NCBI RefSeq assembly: GCF_006345805.1
Contig: NC_043000.1
Span: 151,094,001-151,158,000, forward strand
Source: Octopus sinensis
Lineage: Eukaryota
Length of the DNA: 64,000 nt
Direction of reading: 5' to 3'
Shown here: positions 60,776 through 64,000 of the stretch, one piece after another
Numbering within the stretch: the stretch's first letter is position 1
Layout: the number at the start of each line of letters is the position of its first letter
The notes under the pieces: model-generated
The model's input: the letters and a program-made list of their open reading frames with translations, nothing else
Told to the model about the DNA's origin: nothing
The model's database searches: none
Translations under genes and position numbers: made by a program

Positions 60776-63265
60776 CATATATACATACACATATATACAC
60801 ATATAAAAGTATATGTATGCGTACATAAATATAGAAGTGTGTGTGTTAGTGAGTGTTTGCGTATGCATGTATATGTATTTATGTATTTATACGAAAATAT
60901 ATAAAAATATGTGCGTATGAGTATTTGTGCACATATGTATTGTGAAAATGCAAGTGTGTATGTGTGTGTGCTCGCGTGCGTGTGTGTGTTTGTTTGTGTT
61001 TGTGGGTGCGTGTATTTCTTTTCCCGGCTGTAGACATTACAAATCACTTACGCTGTGAATACATTTGGGAAAAATATTAACAGCTCACGATCGTATTTCA
61101 CTTCAGTAAATATCTAATCGCTTGTCAGAGAAAGAAGTCAATCATTTAATAGCAAAATTGATTTCTTTCTACTAGGCACAAGTTTTGTATATTTTGAAGT
61201 GAAGTGTGAGATGCGATATTTTCGAAAGGCATTTTGCAACGTAAGCAAAGAGAAATAACTTTAACCAAAGACTGAAACTCCGGCGTGGTCACGTTTACCT
61301 GACAGCTTAACTTTTGCTCAACGTGGCTATTGAAAGAGAAAATTAGTTTGTTTTTCAATAATAAATAAATAAAGAAAAAATAATTTTAAAAAGAAAAAAG
61401 AAAAATCATTACTGTTAATTCTTTATTTGAAAGCCATGTTGATTATAGTTAATTAGCGTGTTTTTGGTTGATAGAAAAACACGTTAGTTTGTAATTTTGA
61501 AGAAATAAACAATTACTTTTTTGATTTGTTTTTTTGGGGGGTTTCTTTTTTTTTTTTTTTTCATAAATGATCTGGTAAATTCTGTTTGATTCCGAACTAT
61601 CTCACTGGAAACTGTCACATTTTCACTGTAAATATTACTTTAAGAATTAGGTCGGAAGCGAACAGTTGGATATTGTATACATTTAATTGGCGCCTGAGGT
61701 AAAATTCTTCACTCGTATGTTTTTGTTTGCTTTCAACTCCGTGCTGTAGACAAACTTTCTTTGTCTGTCAGCGATATTGGCTCGCTTCACACATGGCTGC
61801 ACTAAATATTTACTTAGTGCTATGTTGCTTTAAAGATGTCTGCTGCGATATTAAAACAACTAATCTCCTGCTATAATTTATTATTCCGTCTCATTGAATT
61901 TAGGAGAAAAGATTTCTGTTTTTTGGTTGTTTTTCTTTTCTTCTTGTGGTAGATTCGCCTCCAAATCGGTTGTTTCTTGCGTTCATTTATGGTAGACGAA
62001 CAATTTACAAAATTACGCTATCTCGGTAAGAAAAAGTTGTCTGAATCGAGATAAGGTGTTGATATCTGGAATGAACGATCAAAAGTTCAGTTGAATAAAC
62101 TCTAAGTGAGGCTAGATATAGGTTGTTGCTGTTGTCAGCTGGAATACTGAATACTTATCGATTGCTTCATTAGTTTGTAATACTAAATTTAAGTTATAAT
62201 CCTGTGATTATTATGGTCCTCGGTCCCCAGTATTGAAGTTTAGACGCTGGTGCCTATTTTTAACCAACTCTTTCATCGAAATTTCAGAGAAGACTTTGTC
62301 TCAAAATGCAATCTTCGTTGTTGCTAACCTCTGCTTGAGTAAGTATTCGACAAGACGCATTCCAGCAGCAACCATCCATTTTTTTGTTGTTGTTTTAGGA
62401 CGTAAGAATAATTTGTTATGAGTAAGAATATGATCTATTGGCGAGATATGTAGGCGAGATAAGGTGAGACGATCAGAAAAGTTGGGAGCCTTGATTTGAC
62501 CCAGGTGGAGTTTTCTCACCTGTATATGGGCGGGTTACCTCATTCTCATTAAATTGTATTCATTCATTCTTTTTTTTTTATAGTTATATTTGCGTTTGAC
62601 ATACTCAGTTATTATGTGTAATTATTCTATGTAATTTAAAATTTGGTAGCAAGCCTTATTATATTTGTAAAACATCTCCACCTGCGTTCCTTTTATGCCA
62701 CGTTGTTTTATGTCTGAAACATACGTTACTTTATCGAAATATAGCCATATCATATATGCAAGGAAGAGTTAAGTATAATAAAGTAAAACAGTATTGAAAT
62801 AAAAGAAACATTTAATCGATCAAAATACATATTGGCTTGTAACTTCATCATCTTTCACAGAACACACTGCCATCTTCTGATATAAATTTGTGAAGTAGTT
62901 AAAGAATATAAAAAAAGACAGTAAGAAAATAATCATGCAACTATATTTCTGCAATGATTGAATGGAGGAAACCGAAGCGGACAGAGCGTGTGCAATTGTC
63001 TAGGTCACTTATGTTTTCAGTGAGATCTCGAGGTAAAAACAATGATAGGCAGATATATCATTTAAAAGATGTAGCTTATTACAGCATTGGAGATAATATA
63101 TGAATCACTATTCTTTGTCTGTTTTCTCTCTCTCTCTCTCACTCTCTCTATTTGATCCTCTCTATATAATGACACACGCATATACACCTGCACACAGATA
63201 CATTTGTGATAATATGACAACAATAACATTTGTCTCTTTGTCTCACAATATATATGAATGTATGT

Positions 63266-63638
63266 GGAGGCGCAATGGCTCAGTGGTTAGGGCAGCGAAC
63301 TCGCGGTTTCGATTTCCAGACCGGGCGTTGTGAGTGTTTATTGAGCGAAAACACCTAAAAGCTCCACGAGGCTCCGGCAGGGGATGGTGGTGATCCCTGC
63401 TGTACTCTTTCACCACAACTTTCTCTCACTCTTACTTCCTGTTTCTGTTGTACCTGTACTTCAAAGGGCCGGCCTTGTCACTCTCTGTGTCACGCTGAAT
63501 ATCCCCGAGAACTACGTTAAGGGTACACGTGTCTGTGGAGTGCTCAGCCACTTACACGTTAATTTCACGAGCAGGCTGTTCCGTTGATTCGGATCAACCG
63601 GAACCCTCATCGTCGTAACCGACGGAGTGCTTCCAAAA
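63266..63638 (+). mobile_element. Full-length S3 SINE
   Basis: 14-bp TSD atatgaatgtatgt (63252-63265 and 63639-63652). Confidence 0.88.
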
Positions 63639-64000
63639 ATATGAATGTATGTACACAGGTAAACACATAAATTTTCTTAACACGATCGTTAAAAAACATT
63701 TAGGTAAATTATGAAACCAATGTTTTTAACATCAAAAAAATTTCTTGTTTTCAATTATTGCATCGTAAGTTAGCTAAATATCTTTAAATATTCTGTTGCG
63801 AAATCTGTTTGTGTACACACACATATGAAGACAGCTCGTAGTCAAATAATTCTGTTTTCATGTTCGTATATATACTTGTGTGTACGTGTATGCAAATGTC
63901 ATTATATATTCAGAAAAAGAGAGAGTGAAATAGAGAGAGAGAGAGAGAGAGAGAGAGAAAGTGAGGGACAGACAGAGAGATACAAAGAGAGATAAAGAGA

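Overview
AT-rich, microsatellite-saturated eukaryotic scaffold segment with a 100-N gap at 49456-49555. Its SINE and microsatellite make-up is most consistent with an octopus/coleoid cephalopod genome; this is an inference. No host protein-coding gene could be supported, and almost all ORF-track entries are microsatellite or SINE artefacts. Recognisable content: (1) a near-intact ~5.2 kb L1/Tx1-clade non-LTR retrotransposon (27782-33030) with an intact 1131-aa APE-RT-CCHC ORF2, an ORF1 broken by one frameshift in its zinc knuckle, and a candidate 11-bp TSD; (2) a relic of a second Tx1-like family (36461-37296); (3) R4/Dong-like RLE retroposon fragments, several sitting in (TAA)n tracts; (4) an RTE-like relic; (5) three Tc1/mariner relics, one nested in another; (6) dozens of copies of four tRNA-headed SINE families (local names S1-S4); (7) four type I hammerhead ribozyme motifs with complete catalytic cores and palindromic helix III, as in Penelope-like element (PLE) repeats. 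Two of the hammerheads sit back-to-back in an 845-bp inverted repeat. The strongest leads are two. First, a SINE/LINE system visible inside the window: the S1-A SINE tail is a copy of the Tx1-type LINE 3' end, and S1-A copies repeatedly land at one motif (GGTATTT) inside the head of their own family, building head-to-tail multimers. Second, the divergent twin-hammerhead foldback. All calls are by-eye pattern recognition; no database search was run.
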